15,754 nt of DNA from Calditrichota bacterium (GTDB lineage: Bacteria; Calditrichota; Calditrichia; RBG-13-44-9; J075): assembly GCA_024275555.1 (NCBI GenBank), contig JAJRYW010000395.1:1-15754 (forward strand), in the 5' to 3' direction. The translations under genes and the position numbers were made by a program. The notes below the pieces were generated by a model. That model did not search any database. It was not told the origin of the DNA and saw nothing but the letters and a program-made list of their open reading frames with translations. Below are positions 1-8,868 of this stretch, in pieces (position 1 is the first letter of the stretch; each line of letters begins with the position of its first letter).

Positions 1-40
1 ATTTGCCCTCGGATTTTTAAATTGGAGGAAGGCGCACTTT

Positions 41-2212
41 ATGCAAGATCGAGAAATTTATCAGATTGTTGCCCGGGAATTAAACCTGCGGCCGATCCAG
101 GTTGCTCAAACCGTGGAATTGTTAGACGCCGGCAATACCGTTCCGTTCATCGCCCGGTATCGCAAAGAGATGACCGGTAAGCTCGATGAAGAGGCTATCC
201 GGGCTATCCAGGAGCGCATGAAATATTTGCGTCTCCTGGAAGAACGGCGCGAAACCATCCTCAATGCTATCGAGGAACAGGGGAAGCTGACCCCGGAGCT
301 GGAGAAAAAAATACGGGCGGCCCTGAAGCTGCAGGAGTTGGAAGACCTCTACCTGCCCTATCGCCCCAAGAAACGCACCCGCGCCACCATTGCCCGGGAA
401 CGGGGTCTGGAGCCGCTGGCAGAGATGATCCTGACCCAGGAGATCGAGCAAGGTTCTCCGGAGGAGTACGCCGCTAAATTTATCGATCCGGAAAAAGAGG
501 TGGAAACGGCCGAAGATGCTTTGCGCGGCGCCTGCGATATCGCAGCGGAAGTCATTTCCGATGACGCCGATATCCGCAAAATAATCCGGGAGAAAACCTG
601 GCACACCGGCATTGTCAACACCCGGGCAAAAGATTCCCGGGCCCAAAGTGATTTTGAGATGTATTACGAATACTCCGAGCCGGTTAAGCGGATTGTGCCG
701 CACCGCATTTTAGCGATTAACCGGGGCGAGCGGGAAAAAGTGCTCTCGGTGAGCATTGAAGTGGAGCGGGGGATGATCTACACCATGATCCGGGGCCGTT
801 ACCTGAGGAATCCCCGCAGTATTTTCCGCCCTTACCTGGAAGAAACCGTGCAGGACAGTTATAAGCGCCTGATCGCCCCCTCGATCGAACGGGAAATTCG
901 CAACGCGCTTTCCGAAAAAGCGGATCAGCACGCCATTCGGGTCTTCGCAGAAAATCTCAAGAACCTGCTCCTGCAAGCGCCGGTAAAGGATAAAAAGATC
1001 ATCGGCATCGACCCCGGCTACCGCACCGGCTGCAAAGTTGCCGTGATCGACGAAACCGGCAAATACCTGGACGGCTATACCATCTTCCCTCACCCGCCCC
1101 AGAATAAAGTTTTTGACGCCAAGACCCTGTTGCGCAAGAGCATCGAAAAATACCGGACCGATATTATTGCCATTGGGAACGGCACCGCCTCGCGGGAGAC
1201 CGAGGCGATGGTTGCCGAACTGATCAAAGAAATGAAAAAGAGCGGCTATGAAAAAGAGCTGGTTTACATCATTGTCAATGAAGCCGGGGCCTCGGTCTAC
1301 TCGGCCTCCAAAGTGGCCAAAGAGGAGTTCCCGGATTTGGAAGCCAGCATGAGGGGCAATATTTCCATCGCCCGGCGGTTGATGGACCCGTTGGCCGAGC
1401 TGGTTAAAATCGATCCTAAGCACATTGGGGTGGGATTGTACCAGCATGACGTCAACCAGAAAAAACTGGATGAGGCCCTGCACAATGTGGTGGAATCGGC
1501 GGTAAACCGGGTCGGGGTGGATTTGAACACCGCCTCGGCAAGCCTGCTCCGCTACGTCTCCGGGCTGACCAGCCGTACGGCCGAGAATATTGTCAAATAC
1601 CGTGATGAGCATGGCAAGTTTTCATCGCGCGAGGAACTGAAGAAAGTGGCCGGTATCGGCGAGATTGCCTTTCAGCAGGCGGCCGGTTTTCTGCGCATTC
1701 CCGACGGCAAGAATCCCCTCGACAACACCGGCATCCACCCGGAGTCTTACGGCGCCGCTCAAAAGCTGCTTGAACTTTTCCAGGTCGGAAATGATCAGAC
1801 GCTCTGGCGGGAATTGCCCAAAAAAATCAAGCAGGAGGGGCGGAATCTGCCGGAATTAGCCGAAGCCCTCGGCGTCGGGGAACCGACCCTGGAAGATATC
1901 CTGGCGGATTTGGAGAAACCGGGCCGCGACCCCCGGGAAGATATGCCCAAACCCATCTTCAAGAGCGACGTGCTCAAGATCGAGGATTTACGGGAAGGAA
2001 TGATACTAAAAGGCACGGTGCGCAATGTGGTCGATTTCGGCGCTTTTGTGGACATCGGCATAAAACGCGACGGGTTGGTGCATGTTTCCCAAATGGCGGA
2101 GCGCTATGTGAAAAATCCGTTCGGGATTGTCTCAGTCGGGGATGTGGTCAGCGTCAAAGTCATCGAAGTTGATCTGGATCGCGGCCGGGTGAAGCTGTCG
2201 ATGAAGATATGA
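41..2212 (+). CDS. tex: Transcription accessory protein Tex (YqgF/RuvC-like + HhH + C-terminal S1 RNA-binding domain)
   Basis: 723-aa ORF. N-terminus 'IYQIVARELNLRPIQVAQTVELLDAGNTVPFIARYRKEMTG' is the canonical Tex start. Central 'IIGIDPGYRTGCKVAVID' is YqgF/RNase-H-like. The C-terminal S1 domain reads 'GMILKGTVRNVVDFGAFVDIGIKRDGLVHVSQ'. GGAGG at 24-28 precedes the ATG at 41. TGA stop. Confidence 0.93.
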   Translation: MQDREIYQIVARELNLRPIQVAQTVELLDAGNTVPFIARYRKEMTGKLDEEAIRAIQERMKYLRLLEERRETILNAIEEQGKLTPELEKKIRAALKLQELEDLYLPYRPKKRTRATIARERGLEPLAEMILTQEIEQGSPEEYAAKFIDPEKEVETAEDALRGACDIAAEVISDDADIRKIIREKTWHTGIVNTRAKDSRAQSDFEMYYEYSEPVKRIVPHRILAINRGEREKVLSVSIEVERGMIYTMIRGRYLRNPRSIFRPYLEETVQDSYKRLIAPSIEREIRNALSEKADQHAIRVFAENLKNLLLQAPVKDKKIIGIDPGYRTGCKVAVIDETGKYLDGYTIFPHPPQNKVFDAKTLLRKSIEKYRTDIIAIGNGTASRETEAMVAELIKEMKKSGYEKELVYIIVNEAGASVYSASKVAKEEFPDLEASMRGNISIARRLMDPLAELVKIDPKHIGVGLYQHDVNQKKLDEALHNVVESAVNRVGVDLNTASASLLRYVSGLTSRTAENIVKYRDEHGKFSSREELKKVAGIGEIAFQQAAGFLRIPDGKNPLDNTGIHPESYGAAQKLLELFQVGNDQTLWRELPKKIKQEGRNLPELAEALGVGEPTLEDILADLEKPGRDPREDMPKPIFKSDVLKIEDLREGMILKGTVRNVVDFGAFVDIGIKRDGLVHVSQMAERYVKNPFGIVSVGDVVSVKVIEVDLDRGRVKLSMKI

Positions 2213-2308
2213 GCCGAAATAAATTTTGGGGATATCTCTTCAGCCCACTAAACAAAAAAAAAACGCAAAAAAAATTTTTGTGGGAATCTTGTTACCACGA
2301 CCATGTTT

Positions 2309-2329
2309 TGCATCGACACAGTCGATGCA
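2309..2329. terminator. Second stem-loop in the convergent intergenic region (9-bp stem tgcatcgac / gtcgatgca, loop aca)
   Basis: Perfect 9-bp inverted repeat. It is preceded by TTTT on the + strand and lacks a downstream T-run on either strand, so its role as a tex terminator is uncertain. Confidence 0.35.
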
Positions 2330-2341
2330 TTCCAAAAAATA

Positions 2342-2367
2342 GAGCGTCAAAACTTGTTTTGACGCTC
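2342..2367 (-). terminator. Rho-independent terminator for the minus-strand transglutaminase-like operon: 12-bp perfect stem (gagcgtcaaaac / gttttgacgctc) with a 2-nt loop, followed on the minus strand by TATTTTTTGG
   Basis: Perfect inverted repeat read directly in the sequence. The T-run lies on the minus-strand side (the + strand 2331-2341 is ccaaaaaata). It sits about 75 bp downstream of the 2442 stop. Confidence 0.75.
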
Positions 2368-2441
2368 CAAAGGCAAATATCCTCTTCGTGTAAATTGGTG
2401 TCCGTTCGCGGATAAAATCTTAACTCAAAAACTTCTAAAAC

Positions 2442-4463
2442 TCAGTCCTGCTCATCCACCGCCCCAATCTCTTTTACCTGAAAAACAAACGACGGAATCG
2501 CCAGTTGGGAATGGGCGCCGGTAATTTCCAGCAATTCGCCAATCTTTTCTTTGGGCTCAGAGGACCGTTTCAGCAATCGTTCCTGCTCGACCTTTAACAG
2601 GCCGCTTTCCACCTGGTAAGTTCCCCGGATGCTCCCGAATATGTTTTCAAATTGGACATCTGATAGCGGGGTGGAAATTTGCCGGCCGGCCGGAAAACGA
2701 ATGATAATGTGTTTGTTGAAAAGCTCATCATAATAAATCTTGATGGGATTCTGCCGCTCCTCCGTATCCAATTTAAATTTTACACCGGAAATGGGAGAGA
2801 ACAGCCCGCCGGTTTGGAAGATCACTTCGTCGGGCAGCACGCTGACCAGGTTGTCGATGGAGTATTCCAACGTAATACTCAGCGGTTTTTTGAAGGCCTC
2901 CCGGTTTACGACTTCGTAAGCGGAGAGCTTTACCTCGCCGTCGGTGTAGGTGAGCAATTCTTCCATCAGATCTTCGATTTCCTCATCGTTCAAATCGGCA
3001 AGTTTTTCCCGCACCGAGAAGGCATCGGAACCCCGGAGCACCTTTTCTTCTTTAACCGTGATCAATCCGTCTTCATCGATGGTCAGATCGTAGTATTCAT
3101 CCACCGTGTTGTGCCGGCGGCTGACTTTGGGAACTTCCCAAAACTCCACCGCTTTGCTTGTTTTTTTGTCGGTAATTCCCACGGCCGGCTGCCCCTGCAA
3201 ATACTCCGGTATAAAACCCAGCGGAATTTTAAGGTAGGGGAAAACCACATAACGCTCCCCGTCAATTATCGCCCCGATGGCCGGAACGTCAAATTGGGAG
3301 GAATTCACATAGTCTTTATCAAAGTAGCCGTTTTTGGCGGAATGCACCAAAAGGTATTGAGCGTCAATCCCCGCTTTGGTTAACATGGAATGGGCCAGGC
3401 CATTAATACGGATGAGGCTACCTTTCTTATCTTTCAGAATGGCTTTGAAATTACGCCTATCCCAGGGATCGCTTACCTCTATATTTTCCTGGAGGTAGGT
3501 AATAATCGTATCCAGCCGATCCGCAAGCGTGGTTTTGCTCTCTATAATTTCTTCCGTGGTTTTTTTAACATGAGTGCTTAAGAAGCCGTCTTTGTTCATG
3601 TGCTCCTTCCGCAACCCATCCATTAAATCCGCCCAGGTTCTCGCCCGCTTAAACTTGAAACTGAGCATTTGCAACTGGGTTATCATAAACTCAAAATAGT
3701 CTGCCACCTCTTTAAAAAATGGTGAATAAGGTTCCCGTTGGATAGCTGGCACATATTCCGCCTCATAGGTGATGATGATCTTCCGGTTTTCCTTCTCTCG
3801 TCTGACCCGGTAAGGAATGGTGTCCTTCTCAGCAATTTTCTTTGCTTTGATTTTCCACCAGTCAGGATAGGCAAAACTCAGGGAAACTTTCTCACAAGGA
3901 ATAGGAAACTGCAAGGGGATATCATATTCCAGGGGCGGAAAATGATTCAGGGCGGTATAAGTTACCGAAAACCCTTCTTCAATGATGACTCCTTTGCGCA
4001 CATTGGGATAGATGAAGGTGAAATCCTTGCTTCCGTAGGAATCGGTTTTCAGGGTTAGATCGGCTCTGCCATACTGTTTCACCTGGCCGTCCGGGTAGGT
4101 GATGCGCAGGTAAATATTTTCCAGCACGTCATATTTACCCAGGCGGATTCGGAAGGTCGATAAGCGCTGGTTATCCGGATTAAAGAGCACATATTTCTCC
4201 TTGCGAATGTGGTAATAATTCCAGCTTCCGGCCACTCCGTATCCTTGCAAAAGATTCTCTTTATTGCCAACGTGCTCGTAGGTGTTTTCCAGGAGCAGAT
4301 AGACCCCATCATATTTTTGATATTTTTCTTCCAGCGCCGCCAGGTCGATTTGTTCCTGTTCCGCGCTCCCGGCCGGGGGAACCGTCAGAAAGACAGACCG
4401 CTTAGACGTAGTGCAACCGGCAAAGATGAGGACCAACAAGCCCACCATAAACATCTTTCTCAT
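2442..4463 (-). CDS. Lipoprotein paralogous to the upstream transglutaminase-like protein, with a degenerate (catalytic-triad-less) transglutaminase-like core and a DUF3857-like N-terminal region
   Basis: 673 aa. Lipoprotein signal plus lipobox 'LLVLIFAGC'. GAGGAG lies 7 nt upstream of the ATG, inside the upstream gene. Its start overlaps the upstream stop (ATGA). 'NGLAHSMLTKAGIDAQYLLVHS' aligns with 'NGYGDCKDRVYLVSALAAEQGIEVKMALVS' of the neighbouring gene. 'PEYLQG' matches 'PEYLVG'. The Cys, His and Asp positions are all substituted. Confidence 0.8.
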   Translation of the reverse strand: MRKMFMVGLLVLIFAGCTTSKRSVFLTVPPAGSAEQEQIDLAALEEKYQKYDGVYLLLENTYEHVGNKENLLQGYGVAGSWNYYHIRKEKYVLFNPDNQRLSTFRIRLGKYDVLENIYLRITYPDGQVKQYGRADLTLKTDSYGSKDFTFIYPNVRKGVIIEEGFSVTYTALNHFPPLEYDIPLQFPIPCEKVSLSFAYPDWWKIKAKKIAEKDTIPYRVRREKENRKIIITYEAEYVPAIQREPYSPFFKEVADYFEFMITQLQMLSFKFKRARTWADLMDGLRKEHMNKDGFLSTHVKKTTEEIIESKTTLADRLDTIITYLQENIEVSDPWDRRNFKAILKDKKGSLIRINGLAHSMLTKAGIDAQYLLVHSAKNGYFDKDYVNSSQFDVPAIGAIIDGERYVVFPYLKIPLGFIPEYLQGQPAVGITDKKTSKAVEFWEVPKVSRRHNTVDEYYDLTIDEDGLITVKEEKVLRGSDAFSVREKLADLNDEEIEDLMEELLTYTDGEVKLSAYEVVNREAFKKPLSITLEYSIDNLVSVLPDEVIFQTGGLFSPISGVKFKLDTEERQNPIKIYYDELFNKHIIIRFPAGRQISTPLSDVQFENIFGSIRGTYQVESGLLKVEQERLLKRSSEPKEKIGELLEITGAHSQLAIPSFVFQVKEIGAVDEQD

Positions 4464-6331
4464 GATTTGCTCCTCGTTAATACAAACATTTTCTTTTTGC
4501 TTTGGAGGTATTGCTTACAAAAATTCAGAAAACGGCCTTTGGCGTCTCCGCTAAAAAATTTGAAGTTCTGCATAAACTGATAGAGAATCTCCACCCGGTT
4601 GCGGTCCTGCGGGGTTATCTCCGAGGCAAAGAAATTCGATTGATCTTCCCCGATGCGCAGTTGCTGCGCCCCGGCCTTCAATCCGGGAGCAGCTAAATCC
4701 ATGCGGAGGATGAGAGCCCTCCGGTAGGGAATATACAAAGGATACGGATCGTTCTCCCGTTCCAGGATATCGCTGTCAACCGTCAGGAAGGGAGTTTGGG
4801 GAATATAGGTTTTGGCGGAAGAGGAGATGATGAATTTGGAAATATCCGCTTGGGCAGACAACGTTAACGAGGTATCGCTTTCCCCGGTAAACGAAAAATG
4901 CTCCAGGGATATTTTATGAATATTCGAGGTGATCAGGGCGATCAGGGCGTTCTCCAAACGTACGCCGGACAGTTTTTCCTTGGCCCGCAGGGCGTCGCTG
5001 AAGAGGCCGTTCCGCAGCACAATTTTTGCCGCGCCGGATTTGGGGCTGTCAAGGCTGCCGGTAATATCTATTTCCAGGGAGGGCCGGTGGTTGGGCGCTT
5101 CGATGGATATCCAGCGCGGATTTCCCGGTTCCAGTATAAACGTCTTTGCCCCGACAAGATACTCCGGCAGGTTGCCAAATTCATAATACCGGGCGGTGGG
5201 GTCAAAAAAGAGGGGTTTCCCGCTATCCTCATACATGCAGATAACATGGTTAAACAAGGTTGCATGGACACCCCGCAACCCGGGAAGCGGCTTAGTGGAA
5301 ACCAAAGCCATCTTTACCTCAATCCCTTGTTCGGCGGCCAACGCCGATACCAGGTAAACCCGGTCTTTGCAATCTCCGTAGCCATTGTTCAGCGTAAATT
5401 CCGGGGAACGGGGAGAATAGGCGTGGCCCTCCCGTTCATCGGCAATGTAGCGGATATTTTTACGCACATAATCGTGAATAATCCGCAATTTTTCTTTCTC
5501 ACTCTGGTCGGCAGTGAAGCGTTCCGAGAGCAATTGCAGAAGTTCTTCATTTACTGCCGGTTTCAAATTTACTTTGCCGGCATACCATTCCAAAAATTTC
5601 GGCGGGGTGGTGGGGGTTACCGGTTGGCCGTTCTTCATCAGTGTGGTCAAAATTGAGGCATGGGATCCGTTAAAAGGGAAGTAAGGAAGTTCTTTCTGAG
5701 CAGGGATTTTTCGAAAAATCAGTACGGTTTCTTTCGCCCGGGAACGGTCGATTTGATAAGGAATCGAGTCCCGAGTGAAAAATACATCAAAATCCACACG
5801 TATGTTCTTCGGGTGTTTTATGGTCACCCGAAATTCCTGCAACTCGTCGATATCCGGCACATGCAATACCGGGAAAAAAGCAATGTCGCTGAACTCTTGT
5901 TTGTACTGGTAGTAAATGGTTTCACCCTGCCGGATGTCATCCGGAAACATCACGGTATGAATCTTGGCGTCGGAGATGAAGACATCGGGGTGTTCGGCGT
6001 TTTCCGAATAATGGTCTCTGCGTTTCAGTTTCTTGTTGCGGAATTTACCGCTGACTTTGGTGACTTTGGCAAAAAAGGGTTCGCTGAACCGGAAAAAATT
6101 CTCCTTTGTGGAGCGTTCGCTTAAATAGCTCTGTTTTACCGCAACGGTGGAGGTTAACCGATATGAGCCGTCGCGGTTTTCCTTCACTTCAAAGGTGATT
6201 ATCCGGGAATAGGAGACGTCCGCCTGGTCGGCAAAGAGCGGGCTGCATAGCAGGAGACAGAATAAGCTATAAAAAAACAATTGAAGCGGCGCCGGCCGGA
6301 TTACCGGGAAGCAGCGACGGAAACTTGTCAT
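4460..6331 (-). CDS. Secreted transglutaminase-like cysteine-protease-fold protein (DUF3857-like N-terminal domain + transglutaminase core)
   Basis: 623 aa. N-terminal signal peptide 'LFFYSLFCLLLCSPLFADQ'. Core motif 'GYGDCKDRVYLVSALA' (catalytic Cys), then 'HATLFNHVICMY' (His) and 'LFFDPT' (Asp), which is the transglutaminase-like C-H-D triad in the right order and spacing. First gene of a 2-gene operon. Confidence 0.82.
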   Translation of the reverse strand: MTSFRRCFPVIRPAPLQLFFYSLFCLLLCSPLFADQADVSYSRIITFEVKENRDGSYRLTSTVAVKQSYLSERSTKENFFRFSEPFFAKVTKVSGKFRNKKLKRRDHYSENAEHPDVFISDAKIHTVMFPDDIRQGETIYYQYKQEFSDIAFFPVLHVPDIDELQEFRVTIKHPKNIRVDFDVFFTRDSIPYQIDRSRAKETVLIFRKIPAQKELPYFPFNGSHASILTTLMKNGQPVTPTTPPKFLEWYAGKVNLKPAVNEELLQLLSERFTADQSEKEKLRIIHDYVRKNIRYIADEREGHAYSPRSPEFTLNNGYGDCKDRVYLVSALAAEQGIEVKMALVSTKPLPGLRGVHATLFNHVICMYEDSGKPLFFDPTARYYEFGNLPEYLVGAKTFILEPGNPRWISIEAPNHRPSLEIDITGSLDSPKSGAAKIVLRNGLFSDALRAKEKLSGVRLENALIALITSNIHKISLEHFSFTGESDTSLTLSAQADISKFIISSSAKTYIPQTPFLTVDSDILERENDPYPLYIPYRRALILRMDLAAPGLKAGAQQLRIGEDQSNFFASEITPQDRNRVEILYQFMQNFKFFSGDAKGRFLNFCKQYLQSKKKMFVLTRSKS

Positions 6332-6670
6332 AAGAGCACCTCGCCGATTTATTTATCACCATCGTAATGGGCGGAGCGGAGTATTGAATAGCAGTTATTC
6401 TTCCCTGGTAACCGAGCTTCCGGTTTATCTTTTACCAAGCAAGGAAAGGTTGGCTGGTTAGCTTGTTTCGGTTTTTGTTATGGATAACTGTATTTCCCCC
6501 GGTCAACCGTTTCAGGCTACCGATATTATATTCTTTTCCCAAAATATGAAAAATTTGTATATTTTTCAAGTGCTGTAAAAAGGTATTCTATAAAGCGCCT
6601 ATGATTTTGGGCTACTTTATTTTAATTTAGGCCGGTTTTAACCATGGCGAATAAACAGGACAAATAATAA

Positions 6671-8098
6671 ATGAAATTGAAAGTTACCGAAGGGCGTGAA
6701 ATTCTGGAACGGGTTCATAAAGCCGCCGCGGAGTTTGGAGTAGAGGTTTATGCGGTGGGCGGATTTGTACGCGACCTGTACCTGGGCGAAGAAACACCGG
6801 ATATTGACTTTGTGGTGCTGGGCGATGCGGTGGCCTTTGCCAAACACTTCCGCAAAAAATTCCGTTCCGGGAAGGTGGTTGCCTACCCACGTTTCGGCGC
6901 CGCCATGCTCAATTACCGCAAATGGAAACTGGAGTTCGTGGCCGCGCGGGAGGAGCATTATCAGGAAAATTCCCGGAAGCCCCGGGTAAGGCAGGCGGAT
7001 CTGAAATCCGATCTCTCCCGCAGGGATTTTACCATCAATTGCCTGGCCATGCACATCGATCCGCAACGGTTTGGCGAGGTGGTGGATATGTTTCACGGCC
7101 TCGAGGACCTTCAGGCAAAAATCATCCGCACCCCCCTGGACCCGGTGATCACTTTTAACGATGATCCGCTGCGCATTTTGCGGGCCATCCGCTTTGCGGC
7201 TCGTTTTCAGTTCCGGATCGAGCCGCGCACCTACCAGGCGATTCTGGAAACCCGGGAACGCTTGAAGATCATTTCCCAGGAACGTATCACCGAGGAGTTT
7301 CGCAAAATGCTCCTGGCCGACAAGCCGTCCCGGGCGCTGCAACTGCTCAAAGACACCGGGGTGGCGGCCATCATTTTCCCCGAACTGGAAGAGATGGCCG
7401 GGGTGGAACAGCGCCGGGAGCATCACCACAAAGATGTCTTTGCCCACACCCTCCAGGTGGTCGACAACATCAGCGAGAAAACCGACCGGTTTGAATTGCG
7501 CCTTACCGCGCTGATGCACGACATTGCCAAACCGCAAACCAAGCGTTTTGTGGAAGGTATCGGTTGGACCTTTCATGGCCACGAAGAATTGGGCGCGCAC
7601 ATGGTCGAGCGAATCGGGCGGCGCATGCGCCTGCCGCAGAATACGGTCAAGTATGTCAGTAAAATGGTGCGGCTACATATGCGCCCGACCCAGTTAGTCG
7701 ACGACCTGGTCACCGACAGCGCCATTCGCAGGCTGATTGTGGAAGCCGGCGAGGAGATTGACGATCTGCTGACGCTCTGCCGGGCGGACATCACCTCCCA
7801 AAACCCCAATAAAGTGCGGCGGTACCTGGCCAATTTTGATAAAGTGGAAAAGCGCATCCACGAGGTGGAAGAAAAAGACAAACTGCGCCGGTTTAAGCCG
7901 GCGCTTACCGGAGAACATATTATGAAAACCCTGGGAATTCCCCCGGGACCGCTGGTAGGAGAAATTAAACAAAAGATTGTGGATGCGATTCTGGATGGAG
8001 ATATTCCCAATGAATATGAAGCATGTTATCAATATTTGCTGAGCATCAAAGATCAATTTGTTTCGGAGGATGAGAAACCGGCTGATACACGCCAATAA
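6671..8098 (+). CDS. cca: tRNA nucleotidyltransferase (CCA-adding) / poly(A) polymerase family protein with HD domain
   Basis: 475 aa. Pol-beta-type head 'GGFVRDLYLGEETPDIDFVV' plus 'RRDFTINCLA'. HD motif 'HHHKDVFAHTL...LMHDIAKP'. The size and architecture fit bacterial class-II CCA enzymes with HD phosphohydrolase. TAA stop. Confidence 0.85.
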   Translation: MKLKVTEGREILERVHKAAAEFGVEVYAVGGFVRDLYLGEETPDIDFVVLGDAVAFAKHFRKKFRSGKVVAYPRFGAAMLNYRKWKLEFVAAREEHYQENSRKPRVRQADLKSDLSRRDFTINCLAMHIDPQRFGEVVDMFHGLEDLQAKIIRTPLDPVITFNDDPLRILRAIRFAARFQFRIEPRTYQAILETRERLKIISQERITEEFRKMLLADKPSRALQLLKDTGVAAIIFPELEEMAGVEQRREHHHKDVFAHTLQVVDNISEKTDRFELRLTALMHDIAKPQTKRFVEGIGWTFHGHEELGAHMVERIGRRMRLPQNTVKYVSKMVRLHMRPTQLVDDLVTDSAIRRLIVEAGEEIDDLLTLCRADITSQNPNKVRRYLANFDKVEKRIHEVEEKDKLRRFKPALTGEHIMKTLGIPPGPLVGEIKQKIVDAILDGDIPNEYEACYQYLLSIKDQFVSEDEKPADTRQ

Positions 8099-8217
8099 GA
8101 CCGCCTCGCATGAAGAACACATGCGAACGGCTGCGGATGAACCGCTAAGATTTTTTCCACTGAAACAAAGCCAGGTAAACATCGTCAATTCTCACCATAA
8201 CAGGAAAGGAGCCGTCT

Positions 8218-8517
8218 GTGGCTGATACGAATGACACCAAGCGTGATGATCTCCCCAACCCGGAAGACAATCCCGGGGGGAATGACAAAGAATTGGAAGA
8301 CATTCTGGGTAAGATCACCGAGACTTCCAGGCGTGGTGCACCATCCCGGCAGACGACACCGGAGAACGAAGAAATCATCAAACTTCCCAAAGGCCTGGAT
8401 GACCAGCCGGAGGATTTGGAAGGAATCATTGAAAAAATCAGTGAAAAACCGTCCCCGGCGACAGCCGGCCGGCCGGGATTTTTTCAGCGTCTCCTCAATT
8501 GGTTTAAAAAGTCGTAA
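8218..8517 (+). CDS. Small highly acidic hypothetical protein with two internal 'ELEDILGKITE / DLEGIIEKISE' repeats and a C-terminal amphipathic basic/aromatic tail (GFFQRLLNWFKKS)
   Basis: 99-aa ORF with a GTG start. AAGGAG at 8206-8211 lies 6 nt upstream. The alternative frame (8231..8653) gives an Arg/Lys-rich low-complexity product typical of an off-frame read. There is no recognisable family, so whether it is a real gene stays uncertain. Confidence 0.5.
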   Translation: MADTNDTKRDDLPNPEDNPGGNDKELEDILGKITETSRRGAPSRQTTPENEEIIKLPKGLDDQPEDLEGIIEKISEKPSPATAGRPGFFQRLLNWFKKS

Positions 8518-8538
8518 CGATCTGATTGGTTTTGTCCG

Positions 8539-8557
8539 CGGGAGTCGGCGACTCCCG
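8539..8557 (+). terminator. Stem-loop (8-bp stem cgggagtc / gactcccg, loop ggc) 20 nt after the small ORF stop; no T-run
   Basis: Perfect inverted repeat seen in the sequence. It lacks a U-tract, so it may be an attenuator or stability element rather than a full terminator. Confidence 0.3.
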
Positions 8558-8868
8558 TACACCTGCCCCGCGCCCGGTCAGACTGTGCTCCCTCCTGAGT
8601 GCTGTACCGTAACTTTGCTAATCGTTGGAAATGAGCCCTTTATGCATGTTTAGAGCCTAAAGGAGTTGTAGAATTATAGCCTGAATAATTCATCACGCCA
8701 AGACGGAAGGTATTGAAAAAAGCGAAGTTTAGAAATTTGTTGGAATAGAGATTCAAAAACTAAATTTTTTTCTAATGTATTGTTTCTTTGCGTCTTAGCG
8801 GCTTTGCATGAGTCGTTTATGAATTAATCAGGATAGGTCTATTCATTAGTATAACTTTGGAGGATGCA

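Noticed and set aside
710-1612. 300-aa minus-strand ORF antisense to tex (and nested 122..703, 358..621, 1297..1530 ORFs)
   Set aside because: It lies entirely inside the strongly supported tex CDS. Its Gly/Arg/Val-rich composition is typical of the antisense frame of a GC-skewed gene. It has no ribosome-binding site.
2209-2415. 68-aa ORF spanning the tex/lipoprotein convergent intergenic region
   Set aside because: It covers poly-A tracts and two terminator hairpins. It has no ribosome-binding site and is composed of intergenic low-complexity sequence.
2679-3383. 234-aa + strand ORF inside the lipoprotein gene, and 4898..5656 / 5660..6124 + strand ORFs inside the transglutaminase-like gene
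   Set aside because: These are antisense shadow ORFs within well-supported minus-strand genes, and they have no start context.
6352-6362. 11-mer 'tttatcaccat' shared between the 6.3-kb divergent promoter region and the hflK upstream region (14702..14712)
   Set aside because: Expected number of chance 11-mer coincidences within a 15.7-kb window is well above 1, so this is not significant by itself. I noted it only as part of the TATCA motif cluster.
6638-7600. 320-aa minus-strand ORF antisense to the CCA/HD enzyme gene, plus short + strand alternative-frame ORFs 6750..6989 and 6922..7158
   Set aside because: It overlaps a CDS with clear catalytic motifs on the + strand. The translation is low-complexity (G/R/H/P-rich). 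It is a shadow ORF.
8231-8653. Alternative 140-aa + strand ORF overlapping the small acidic ORF
   Set aside because: Its product is an Arg/Lys-rich low-complexity string, the classic off-frame translation of an acidic GA-rich gene. The GTG-initiated 8218 frame has a properly spaced AAGGAG. I kept the 8218..8517 frame instead, with only moderate confidence.
8857-8868. Upstream TTG start for the tolC-like gene as given in the ORF track
   Set aside because: The ATG at 8869 is preceded by GGAGG at 5-nt spacing and begins a canonical signal peptide (MKLIGKLYLVLVLC...). The TTG at 8857 would place the start inside the ribosome-binding site.
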